Below are positions 55,779 through 64,000 of a stretch of DNA of 64,000 nucleotides, piece after piece. Below the pieces are notes generated by a model that had not been told where the DNA came from, did not search any database, and saw only the letters and a list, made by a program, of their open reading frames with translations. The stretch comes from Sphingomonadales bacterium (GTDB taxonomy: Bacteria; Bacteroidota; Bacteroidia; UBA7662): positions 12,542 through 76,541 of the forward strand of contig VHAX01000005.1 in NCBI GenBank assembly GCA_016872215.1, given 5' to 3'. The position numbers were made by a program, and so were the translations under genes. Position 1 is the stretch's first letter. Every line of letters begins with the position of its first letter.

Positions 55779-57254
55779 TCAAAAGAGTTTTTGGTCAGAT
55801 AAATATTCAATCCGGTGAGTCGGCGTAAAAACAGCCTCAAACCGATCGACCGGGACTGCCTCGCACAGAATCGATCCGTCCGACTCAACAGAGGAGAGTT
55901 CAATTGGCATAATACGATTTACCCACAGCGGGTCGTAGGGAACCGCCACCCTCAGATAATTGTCGGTATAGCCCTGCATCAACCCACCCTTCCTTTCCTG
56001 CTCAAAAAGCACAGGCCTCACACTGCCCAAGTGTGTTTGAGCAAAGTCTACCCGTTTGCGTTGACCGAGGTGGGTGAGCAAACGATTGCGGTCGCTCCTG
56101 CGGCCATTGGGTACCCGGCCTTTCATTTCGGCAGCCTCCGTTCCGGGGCGCTCCGAATAGGTAAATACATGCAAATAAGAAACGTCTAGTTCGTTGATGA
56201 AATCATGTGTTTCCGTGAAAATTCTATCCGTTTCACCTGGAAAGCCCACAATCACATCCAGCCCAATGCAGGCGTGGGGCATGGCCGAACGAACCGCTTG
56301 CACACGATTGGCATAGGCGGCCGAACGATAGCGCCGCTTCATCCTGGCCAGCAAAAGGTCGCAACCCGACTGCAGGGGCATATGTACGTGGGGCATGATC
56401 CTCGGATGACTAGCCATCAGTTGGATGATTCGGTCGGTCAGCAGATTGGGCTCGATGCTGGAAATACGCAGGCGTTCCACCCCACTTTCATCGGCCAAAC
56501 GTTCCATCAGATCCCCAAAATTTCCCAAGGGTCTCACGGGACCGCGATTCAAATCTCCACCCTTCCATCCATAATCGCCAGTGTTCACGCCGGTCAGCAC
56601 AATTTCCCGCACCCCTGAGGCTACCAAATCACGGGCTTGGCGGAGTAAATCTTCGGGATCACCGGATCGACTCGCACCTCTGGCTCCTGGGATCGTGCAA
56701 AATGTACATGAGTAGTCACATCCATCCTGCACTTTCAGAAACGAACGTGTTCGGTTTCCCTGCGACCAGGAGGGTTCGAAGGTGGTGAGAGTACGCGTTT
56801 CGCCATGGTGGATATCAACAGTCGACCCCCTAAAATCTTTCATGTTCAGTTTTTGCAGAATCCTAAACTTGTCGGCCCCGCCTACCACCAAATCCACACC
56901 AGGTATCTGAGCCACAGCACCTGGTTGTAACTGGGCAAAACATCCGGTCACCACAACGCGGGCGTGGGGTGAGCAGCGACGCGCTTGCTTCACGAGGTTT
57001 TTGCATTTGCGATCAGCGTGGTCGGTCACCGAACAAGTATTGATAACGTATACCTCGGCCTCATTATCAAACTCTACCAACCGATAACCGCGGTTAATGA
57101 ATTGACGGCTGATGGTGTCACCTTCAGAATAATTGAGTTTACACCCCAGGGTATGCACTGCCACCCGCGGTTCATTACCGGATTCCGGTAATTCAAACGC
57201 GGTATCTGCGTCCGATTGACTGACCCGCGAAAAATCGGTAGTCAGCGTCCCCAT
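55779..57254 (-). CDS. mtaB: tRNA t6A37 methylthiotransferase
   Basis: TLGCKLNYSE, INTCSVT, radical SAM motif QDGCDYSCTFC, RISSIEP and C-terminal GYTDNYLRV. Confidence 0.92.
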   Translation of the reverse strand: MGTLTTDFSRVSQSDADTAFELPESGNEPRVAVHTLGCKLNYSEGDTISRQFINRGYRLVEFDNEAEVYVINTCSVTDHADRKCKNLVKQARRCSPHARVVVTGCFAQLQPGAVAQIPGVDLVVGGADKFRILQKLNMKDFRGSTVDIHHGETRTLTTFEPSWSQGNRTRSFLKVQDGCDYSCTFCTIPGARGASRSGDPEDLLRQARDLVASGVREIVLTGVNTGDYGWKGGDLNRGPVRPLGNFGDLMERLADESGVERLRISSIEPNLLTDRIIQLMASHPRIMPHVHMPLQSGCDLLLARMKRRYRSAAYANRVQAVRSAMPHACIGLDVIVGFPGETDRIFTETHDFINELDVSYLHVFTYSERPGTEAAEMKGRVPNGRRSDRNRLLTHLGQRKRVDFAQTHLGSVRPVLFEQERKGGLMQGYTDNYLRVAVPYDPLWVNRIMPIELSSVESDGSILCEAVPVDRFEAVFTPTHRIEYLSDQKLF

Positions 57255-57255
57255 T

Positions 57256-58026
57256 CTACGATGCGTCGAGGGCGTTAAGCCGGATCCGGGTGATGATTTT
57301 TTTCGTGTAGGCCGGAAAATCACCGTCCATCATCCACTGATAGTAGCCATTATCACGCGCAAACACGTCGGCTACGGGTTGTCCTTTGTACTTCCCAAAA
57401 GAAAAAACCTCCCGCCCCTGGGCATCACGGACAATTCTTCCTGCCAAATCCACCGATTGATTGTTGCGGATGGTGTAGCGATGAAGGAAATCTACGTCCC
57501 CCTTCAATTCGGGATACCGATTCAGTTGTCCCAACAACACCTCATAGGTGGCCTGAATATCGGCTTCGGCCGAGTGAGCGCCTTCCATGTCTTTGTCGCA
57601 ATAAAACCGATAGGCTGCCTTCAGGTCACGTGGCTCATTTTTATGAAAAATGGTTTGTACATCGACCATCCGAATGTCCGACCAGTCAAAATCATGGCCC
57701 GTGCGCATCAGTTCCTCCGCCAACATCGGCAGATCGAAATACCCCGAATTATAGCCGGCAAAATCACAATTCTGCATAAAGGCCATCAGGCGGGGTGCAA
57801 ATTCCCGGAACGAAGGCTGACTGGCTACATCTGCATCGGAAATGCCGTGTATTTTGGTAACCTCGGGCGGGATGGGTATACCCGGATGAATGCGTTGGGT
57901 GAGGGACTGGGTCGTGCCGTCGGGCATCGCCTTAAGAACGGATATTTCCACGATTCTGTCACTGCTGATGTTCAATCCGGTGGTTTCCAAATCAATAAAT
58001 GCGAGTGGACGTGTCAGTTGCAGCAT
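57256..58026 (-). CDS. DEDDh 3'-5' exonuclease (DnaQ/Pol III epsilon-like)
   Basis: DLETTG, GYNSGYFD, AHSAEAD and C-terminal FGKYKG. Confidence 0.9.
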   Translation of the reverse strand: MLQLTRPLAFIDLETTGLNISSDRIVEISVLKAMPDGTTQSLTQRIHPGIPIPPEVTKIHGISDADVASQPSFREFAPRLMAFMQNCDFAGYNSGYFDLPMLAEELMRTGHDFDWSDIRMVDVQTIFHKNEPRDLKAAYRFYCDKDMEGAHSAEADIQATYEVLLGQLNRYPELKGDVDFLHRYTIRNNQSVDLAGRIVRDAQGREVFSFGKYKGQPVADVFARDNGYYQWMMDGDFPAYTKKIITRIRLNALDAS

Positions 58027-58042
58027 AGGGTGGATTCGTTGG

Positions 58043-59395
58043 TTATGATTCGTTAGTTAATAATGTGTCGGTCGATAAACCCCCGAAGGTGGCCGAGCTC
58101 ATCAGCAAGAGTACACCATTTCGCTGCGCTTTATGCGACTCCTCGACTATGGCGCCTGGTTCTGTTCGTACTTCCAAATCTGATCGACCGAAGAATTTGC
58201 GTAATTCAGTCACATCAGGTACTTGCAGTCCCCTCTCCGACGCGAGTGCAGGCTGGTAAAATACCACGGCACGGTCAGCCAGATTCATCGAATCACGGTA
58301 TTGGGGCAGAAAATCGCGACGAAGGCTCGAAAATGTATGTAGTTCCAATATCGCCGTCAAAAACAATTCCGGGTGCTGCTCACGAACCGCCCGAACACTC
58401 GCCCGAACCTTGGAAGGGGCATGGGCAAAATCGCGATACACCGCGTGATCTTTATGATGTCCCACCCGTTCGAGGCGACGGTCGGCCCCGGGAAACGAAG
58501 CGACCGCCTGATAAAAATCCTCCTTGGGAATACCTGCCTCCGCGGTCAGAAAACGCGCCGCTGCTATGTTCTCTACATTGTGTCGGCCAAAAACCAACAA
58601 CGGAATTTTACCAAGGGAGGTCTTTAAAAATCCGTATCCGTCTTCTACCACATATTCGGCCGGTTTGTAGGACCGCACGGCTAATGTGTCACTGAAAGGT
58701 GTGCAGAGCGCCTCCAACTCGGTGTCGCCCTCTGGGTAGCCCACCCGCGCACCCGGGCTGAGGGTCAACAATAGCGTACGGAATGCCTCCCGATAAAGCT
58801 CCGGGGTGGAAAACACATTGGCGTGGTCCCAGGCAATTCCGGAAATCACCAACACCTGTGGTGCATAATGCAGAAACTTGGGTCGCAGGTCGAGACAAGA
58901 ACTCAGGTACTCATCACCTTCAATGACCACCACAGGTGCGTTGTCGGTAAGCCGCACCATCACATCGAATCCTTTCACGCCGCTTCCTACTAAATAGTCG
59001 AACTGCCTCTTGTGAAAACGCAGCACATGCATCACCATGGCGGTGATGGTGGTCTTACCATGGCTGCCGGCGACGACCAGCCGCAACTTGCCCGCGGTTC
59101 TTTGGGCCACATACTCCGGGAATGACAGAATTTTCAGTCCCAGTTCCTGCGCACGTATGAGTTCGGGATTGTCGGCCTTTGCGTGCATTCCAAGAATCAC
59201 CAGGTCAATTTCGCCCGATAATTGGCCGGGGAACCATCCCGTTTGCTCAGGCAGCAAACCCGCTTTTTTCAGGCGACTCCCGGATGGCTCTTCGAAACGG
59301 TCATCGGACCCGCTTACAAGATGGCCCTCAGCCGCGAGCGCCAAAGCTAAATTGTGCATCACGGCACCTCCAATAGAAATAAGGTGTATCCTCAT
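58043..59395 (-). CDS. Mur ligase family protein (Mpl/MurC-like murein peptide ligase)
   Basis: IHLISIGGAVMHNLA, GSHGKTT, EGDEY and DFAHAP motifs. Confidence 0.88.
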   Translation of the reverse strand: MRIHLISIGGAVMHNLALALAAEGHLVSGSDDRFEEPSGSRLKKAGLLPEQTGWFPGQLSGEIDLVILGMHAKADNPELIRAQELGLKILSFPEYVAQRTAGKLRLVVAGSHGKTTITAMVMHVLRFHKRQFDYLVGSGVKGFDVMVRLTDNAPVVVIEGDEYLSSCLDLRPKFLHYAPQVLVISGIAWDHANVFSTPELYREAFRTLLLTLSPGARVGYPEGDTELEALCTPFSDTLAVRSYKPAEYVVEDGYGFLKTSLGKIPLLVFGRHNVENIAAARFLTAEAGIPKEDFYQAVASFPGADRRLERVGHHKDHAVYRDFAHAPSKVRASVRAVREQHPELFLTAILELHTFSSLRRDFLPQYRDSMNLADRAVVFYQPALASERGLQVPDVTELRKFFGRSDLEVRTEPGAIVEESHKAQRNGVLLLMSSATFGGLSTDTLLTNES

Positions 59396-59515
59396 ATCAA
59401 CCAAATGATCCAGCCTCCAAATCAGCGTGCAATATCCGAATTTGTGGGCGAAGACGGGCATACTTTAAACCTTGATCAATCAGTCTAAAGAAAATTCACC
59501 TATTTTTCGAACGCA

Positions 59516-60358
59516 GTGGAAGTAATCAGCATCAATACCGGTTTTTTCAAGCTCGATGGCGGGGCCATGTTCGGCGTGGTACCCAAGACGCTATGGAGTC
59601 GCCATATGCAACACGACGCTAATAATTTATGCACCTGGGCGATGCGCTGCCTGCTGGTTTCCGATGATTCGCGCCTGATTCTCATCGATACAGGCCTTGG
59701 AGATAAGCAATCCGCCAAGTTTTTTAGTCACTACGAACCCCATGGCGATGCTACCCTACTGGGCAGCTTGTCCGCCAGAGGTGTGCAGCCAGGCGACATC
59801 ACCGATGTGGTGCTCACCCACCTGCATTTCGACCACTGTGGAGGTGCTGTTTGCAAACATCCCGACGGCCACAGATGGGCACCCACCTTCCCCAACGCCA
59901 CCTATTGGATCGGAGGCGACCAATTCAATTGGGCCTATCCACAGCCCAACGCCCGCGAGAAAGCCTCTTTCCTCCCGGAGAATTTCGTTCCACTATTTGA
60001 AGAGCAACGCGTACAACTGGTGAAGCGAGGCGAACAGGCAGCCGGATTGGATGTTCTGATGGTCGACGGCCACACCGATGGTATGATGCTTCCGCTGTTG
60101 GAGATAAGCAGACAAAAAATTCTATATTGCGCCGACCTCCTGCCTTCAGTTGCTCACCTGCCCATTGCCTGGGTAATGGGATATGATACCCGACCCCTGC
60201 TCACACTTCAGGAAAAAGCGGACATTCTGTCACGCGCGGCCAACGAAAACTGGCTGCTATTCTTCGAACACGACCCCATCCACGAAATATGTTCGCTACG
60301 CAAGAGTGAAAAAGGCGTGATCGTTGGAGAGACTTTCACCCTTCAAGAGGCGTTCTGA
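59516..60358 (+). CDS. MBL-fold metallo-hydrolase
   Basis: LDGGAMFGVVPK, THLHFDHCGG, GHT and FEHDP motifs. Confidence 0.9.
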   Translation: MEVISINTGFFKLDGGAMFGVVPKTLWSRHMQHDANNLCTWAMRCLLVSDDSRLILIDTGLGDKQSAKFFSHYEPHGDATLLGSLSARGVQPGDITDVVLTHLHFDHCGGAVCKHPDGHRWAPTFPNATYWIGGDQFNWAYPQPNAREKASFLPENFVPLFEEQRVQLVKRGEQAAGLDVLMVDGHTDGMMLPLLEISRQKILYCADLLPSVAHLPIAWVMGYDTRPLLTLQEKADILSRAANENWLLFFEHDPIHEICSLRKSEKGVIVGETFTLQEAF

Positions 60359-60747
60359 TGACCATCGCGATAGATTTCGATGGGGTAATCCACGCCTACA
60401 GCCGAGGCTGGCATGGGGGCGAACTCTATGACCCACCTGTGGAAGGAGCCCGCGAGGCGCTCACCGCACTGCGTGCCAATGGTTGGAAAATCTATATATT
60501 CAGTACACGCACTAATAAAATATACCACAAGAATGATCATCCGCCGCAGGAAGAGCGGATGAAAGACTACCTAAACGAACATGGGATTCCATTCGATAAG
60601 ATCTGGAATTTCGGTAAGCCTATGGCCGATATTTATTTGGATGATCGGGCTCTCACCTTCCGTGGTAATTGGCCGGATTCCCTTAACGAAATCGAACATT
60701 TTCAAGTTTGGAACCGCGCTTCTGCAGAGCCCGATAGCCAATCCTGA
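60358..60747 (+). CDS. Small capless HAD-superfamily hydrolase
   Basis: DFDGV (motif I), FSTR (II), KP (III) and DD (IV); TGATG overlap with the MBL gene. Confidence 0.8.
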   Translation: MTIAIDFDGVIHAYSRGWHGGELYDPPVEGAREALTALRANGWKIYIFSTRTNKIYHKNDHPPQEERMKDYLNEHGIPFDKIWNFGKPMADIYLDDRALTFRGNWPDSLNEIEHFQVWNRASAEPDSQS

Positions 60748-60858
60748 GTGTGTTCCCACCTTGCATGGTCAACTTCCCGCGTCTTATGGCACTTAAATTG
60801 CAATGACGTGACTTCTTTTCGGTCTGACAAGCTGTCAGACACCCCTACCCATTGGCCC

Positions 60859-63363
60859 ATGAGCAAAAGAAACCCATCAGCACCCTTCGAACATATGCAC
60901 GGCTACGATGACGATGCCGATACCGACTCCGATTTCTTCCCCATTTCGACCCCGGCAGAGGAAGACGATGAATCAGGCGAGGTGCTGCCCGATGAACTTT
61001 CGATTCTGCCCCTACGCAATACGGTTTTGTTTCCAGGCGTGGTCATCCCAATTACGGTGGGGCGCGACAAATCCATAAGGCTCATCCGGGATGCCAACAG
61101 CGGAAATAAAATCATCGGCGTATTATCGCAAACCGATGTATCCGTAGAAGAACCCGGAGCGGGTGACCTGCACAACATCGGTACGGTGGCCCGGATCCTG
61201 AAAATGCTGCGCATGCCCGACGGAAACACCACCGTGATCATACAAGGCCGACAGCGTTTCCGACTCGAAGAAATCACCACCACCGAACCCTACCTAAAGG
61301 CGCGGGTGACCCCACACCGTGACGTAAAGCCCCGCAAGAACGACAAGGAATTCGAGGCCTTAATTGGATCCATGAAAGATATGGCGCTGCAGATTATTGA
61401 GCAGTCACCCAATATCCCCAGCGAGGCCGCCATTGCCCTGCGCAACATCGAAAGCGCAACATTCCTCATTAATTTCATAGCCAGCAATCTCAATACCGAT
61501 GTGGCCGAGAAGCAGCGACTGTTGGAAATGGAGGGACTCAAAGACCGAGCAACCGATGTGCTCACCCAACTGCACAAAGAGCTGCAGATGCTGGAGCTCA
61601 AAAACCAGATTCAGAGCAAGGTGAAGGTCGATATCGACAAACAACAGCGCGAATATTTCCTGCACCAGCAACTCAAAACCATTCAGGAAGAACTGGGCGG
61701 GGCTACTCCCGACCTTGAGGCCCAGAACCTGAGGGAGCGTGCCAAAAAGAAACAGTGGAGCGCACAGGTGCGGCAGCACTTCGAAAAAGAAATCGACAAG
61801 CTACAGCGCATGAACCCGGCGGCGGCCGACTACAGCGTGGTACTCAATTATGTTGAACTGATGCTCGATCTTCCCTGGGATACGTACAGCACGGACCGCT
61901 TCGACCTGAAAAGGGCCCAAAAAATATTGGACCATGACCACTACGGGCTCGATAAGGTGAAGGATCGGATCATGGAATTCCTAGCCGTTTTGAAGCTCAA
62001 GGCCAATATGAAGGCTCCCATTTTGCTGCTGGTCGGTCCTCCGGGCGTAGGTAAAACCTCATTGGGCAAGAGCATAGCGCGGGCAATCGGGCGAAAATAT
62101 GTACGTATGAGTCTAGGCGGTGTCCACGATGAAGCCGTTATTAGGGGACACCGAAAAACCTACATCGGCGCCATGCCAGGCCGCATCATCCAAAGCCTCA
62201 AAAAGGCCGGAAGCAATAACCCTGTGATGGTACTCGACGAAATCGACAAGGTAGGCAGCGATTATCGGGGTGATGTCTCCTCTGCCCTGCTCGAGGTGCT
62301 GGATCCGGAACAGAACAGCACATTCTTCGATCACTATCTGGAGATCGACTACGACCTCAGTAAGGTACTCTTTATTGCCACGGCCAACAACCTGTCGACC
62401 ATGCAGCCCGCCTTGCTCGATCGTATGGAGGTAATCGAAATCAATGGGTATACTCTGGAGGAGAAGCAGGAAATCGCTCGCAAATACCTCATTCCCAAAC
62501 AACTGGAGGAGCACGGTCTTACAAAAATTGATTTTTCCATCAACGCAGCAATGACCCGGTACGTCATAGAGCGGTACACCCGCGAGTCGGGCGTACGCAG
62601 CCTCGACAAGAAAATTGCGTCGATTGTGCGCGGATTTGCCCGTCACAAGGCGATGGAAACCCCCTACCGCGTGCAGGTGAATCGGGAGGATTGCCATAAA
62701 ATCATGGGTGCGCCTATTTTTGACCCCGATGAGTACGAAGGCAACCAGATCGCAGGGGTGGTAACGGGCCTCGCGTGGACCTCAGCCGGGGGCGACATAC
62801 TATTCATCGAAACGAGTTTGAATCGCGGCAAGGGAAAGGTGAACATAACGGGAAACCTCGGGGAAGTGATGAAGGAATCGGCCTCGATAGCACTGGCCTA
62901 TGTGAAGGTTCATGCCAGCGATCTTGGGATCGACCACCGCCTGTTCGATGCGGTCGATATGCACATTCACGTTCCGGAGGGAGCCACACCCAAAGACGGG
63001 CCTTCAGCTGGGATCACCATGCTCACCAGCATCGTTTCGGCCTTCACCCAGCGTAAAATCCGCCAGAAGCTGGCCATGACGGGTGAAATCACTCTAAGGG
63101 GACGGGTGTTGCCGGTCGGGGGCATCAAGGAGAAAATCCTCGCTGCCAAAAGAGCTGGGATTGGTCATATTGTGCTGAGCAAGCAAAACCGCAAAGACAT
63201 TGAGGAGATTCGCCAAGATTACATCCGTGATCTCGAGTTCCATTATGTCGACCGCATCTCGGATGTCTTATCGCTTGCCCTGCTCCCGGAAAAAGTGCAT
63301 AAGGCGGTTGACTTAATAGGCATGATAGAGCCGTCTACCGGTAGTCAAGCCACTCCTAACTGA
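60859..63363 (+). CDS. lon: ATP-dependent Lon protease
   Basis: [20 protein letters not shown], catalytic PKDGPSAG and GGIKEK; start MSKRNP at 60859. Confidence 0.98.
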   Translation: MSKRNPSAPFEHMHGYDDDADTDSDFFPISTPAEEDDESGEVLPDELSILPLRNTVLFPGVVIPITVGRDKSIRLIRDANSGNKIIGVLSQTDVSVEEPGAGDLHNIGTVARILKMLRMPDGNTTVIIQGRQRFRLEEITTTEPYLKARVTPHRDVKPRKNDKEFEALIGSMKDMALQIIEQSPNIPSEAAIALRNIESATFLINFIASNLNTDVAEKQRLLEMEGLKDRATDVLTQLHKELQMLELKNQIQSKVKVDIDKQQREYFLHQQLKTIQEELGGATPDLEAQNLRERAKKKQWSAQVRQHFEKEIDKLQRMNPAAADYSVVLNYVELMLDLPWDTYSTDRFDLKRAQKILDHDHYGLDKVKDRIMEFLAVLKLKANMKAPILLLVGPPGVGKTSLGKSIARAIGRKYVRMSLGGVHDEAVIRGHRKTYIGAMPGRIIQSLKKAGSNNPVMVLDEIDKVGSDYRGDVSSALLEVLDPEQNSTFFDHYLEIDYDLSKVLFIATANNLSTMQPALLDRMEVIEINGYTLEEKQEIARKYLIPKQLEEHGLTKIDFSINAAMTRYVIERYTRESGVRSLDKKIASIVRGFARHKAMETPYRVQVNREDCHKIMGAPIFDPDEYEGNQIAGVVTGLAWTSAGGDILFIETSLNRGKGKVNITGNLGEVMKESASIALAYVKVHASDLGIDHRLFDAVDMHIHVPEGATPKDGPSAGITMLTSIVSAFTQRKIRQKLAMTGEITLRGRVLPVGGIKEKILAAKRAGIGHIVLSKQNRKDIEEIRQDYIRDLEFHYVDRISDVLSLALLPEKVHKAVDLIGMIEPSTGSQATPN

Positions 63364-63377
63364 GTAGATTTGCAGAT

Positions 63378-64000
63378 ATGATAGGAATTGTCACCAAGTC
63401 TACCGGCAGCTTGTATGAGGTGGATGCGGGACAAGGCCAGACGCTGAAGTGCAGGTTGCGGGGCAAGATTCGACTCGACGACACCGGCAAGACGAATCCT
63501 GTTGCGGTGGGCGATCACGTGCGGATTCACCTCAATAATCATGAAGAAACCGTGATTACAGAGATTCTTCCCAGAACCAATCACATCATACGAAAGGCCA
63601 CAAACCTGAGCCGACAACACCATGTTTTGGCCGCCAATATCGATCAGGTTATGATTGTGGCCAGTTTGTCTCGGCCCCGTGTTTCACCCGGTTTCATAGA
63701 TCGCTGTCTGGTAACTTGTGAAGCGTATGGAATCGATGCGGTTTTGGTGTTGAACAAGGTTGACCACTGGACACCGAAGGAGTGGGAACAGGCACAAGAA
63801 CTGACGGCCACTTATTTAAATGCCGGGTATCCGGTAATTTGTACCTCAGCACTCAGGGGCGATGGCCTCGAAACCATGCGCGAACATCTGCAATCTAAAA
63901 TCACGCTCGTTAGCGGTTTTTCAGGGGTGGGTAAAAGCAGCCTCTTGAACCGGCTGTTTGGTGATCTCAACCTGAGGACTGGCGAAATCAGCAAATTCTC
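63378..64000 (+). CDS. rsgA: Ribosome small subunit-dependent GTPase A, truncated by the right edge
   Basis: Manual translation MIGIVTKSTGSLYEV...NPVAVGD...AANIDQ...LNKVD...GFSGVGKSSLLN; absent from the ORF track. Confidence 0.95.
   Translation, partial: MIGIVTKSTGSLYEVDAGQGQTLKCRLRGKIRLDDTGKTNPVAVGDHVRIHLNNHEETVITEILPRTNHIIRKATNLSRQHHVLAANIDQVMIVASLSRPRVSPGFIDRCLVTCEAYGIDAVLVLNKVDHWTPKEWEQAQELTATYLNAGYPVICTSALRGDGLETMREHLQSKITLVSGFSGVGKSSLLNRLFGDLNLRTGEISKF

Noticed and set aside
1-64000. CRISPR arrays, IS elements, prophage or defence genes
   Set aside because: No regularly spaced repeats and no transposase, integrase, phage structural or defence motifs were seen by eye. A computational repeat search was not possible.

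Overview
Chromosomal window from a Bacteroidota bacterium, inferred from T9SS C-terminal sorting domains, porQ and TAnnTTTG-type -7 promoters. It is mostly housekeeping: prmA, tpiA, a GlmU-like gene, clpC, a MarR-fadN-fadA-fadE beta-oxidation operon, a GH13/GH31/MFS maltodextrin cluster with lgt, dnaA-hisS-hutH, a split 5'-nucleotidase, an A-type Fe-S carrier, a DEAD-box helicase, cmk, typA, tRNA-Asp and tRNA-Gly, an RsmB-family methyltransferase, guaA, mtaB, a DnaQ-like exonuclease, an Mpl-like ligase, lon and rsgA. I saw no transposase, integrase, phage structural gene or CRISPR array. The most unusual part is 7.9-16.4 kb. It holds two T9SS cargo genes, one a 1670-aa GxSxG hydrolase/beta-helix protein with an upstream lipoprotein, a structured 300-bp leader and related hairpins on both sides. 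It also holds a small gene interrupted by a 5-bp tandem duplication. Two CDSs that run off the window edges are missing from the ORF track and were read by hand. All family assignments come from motif recognition, not database searches.
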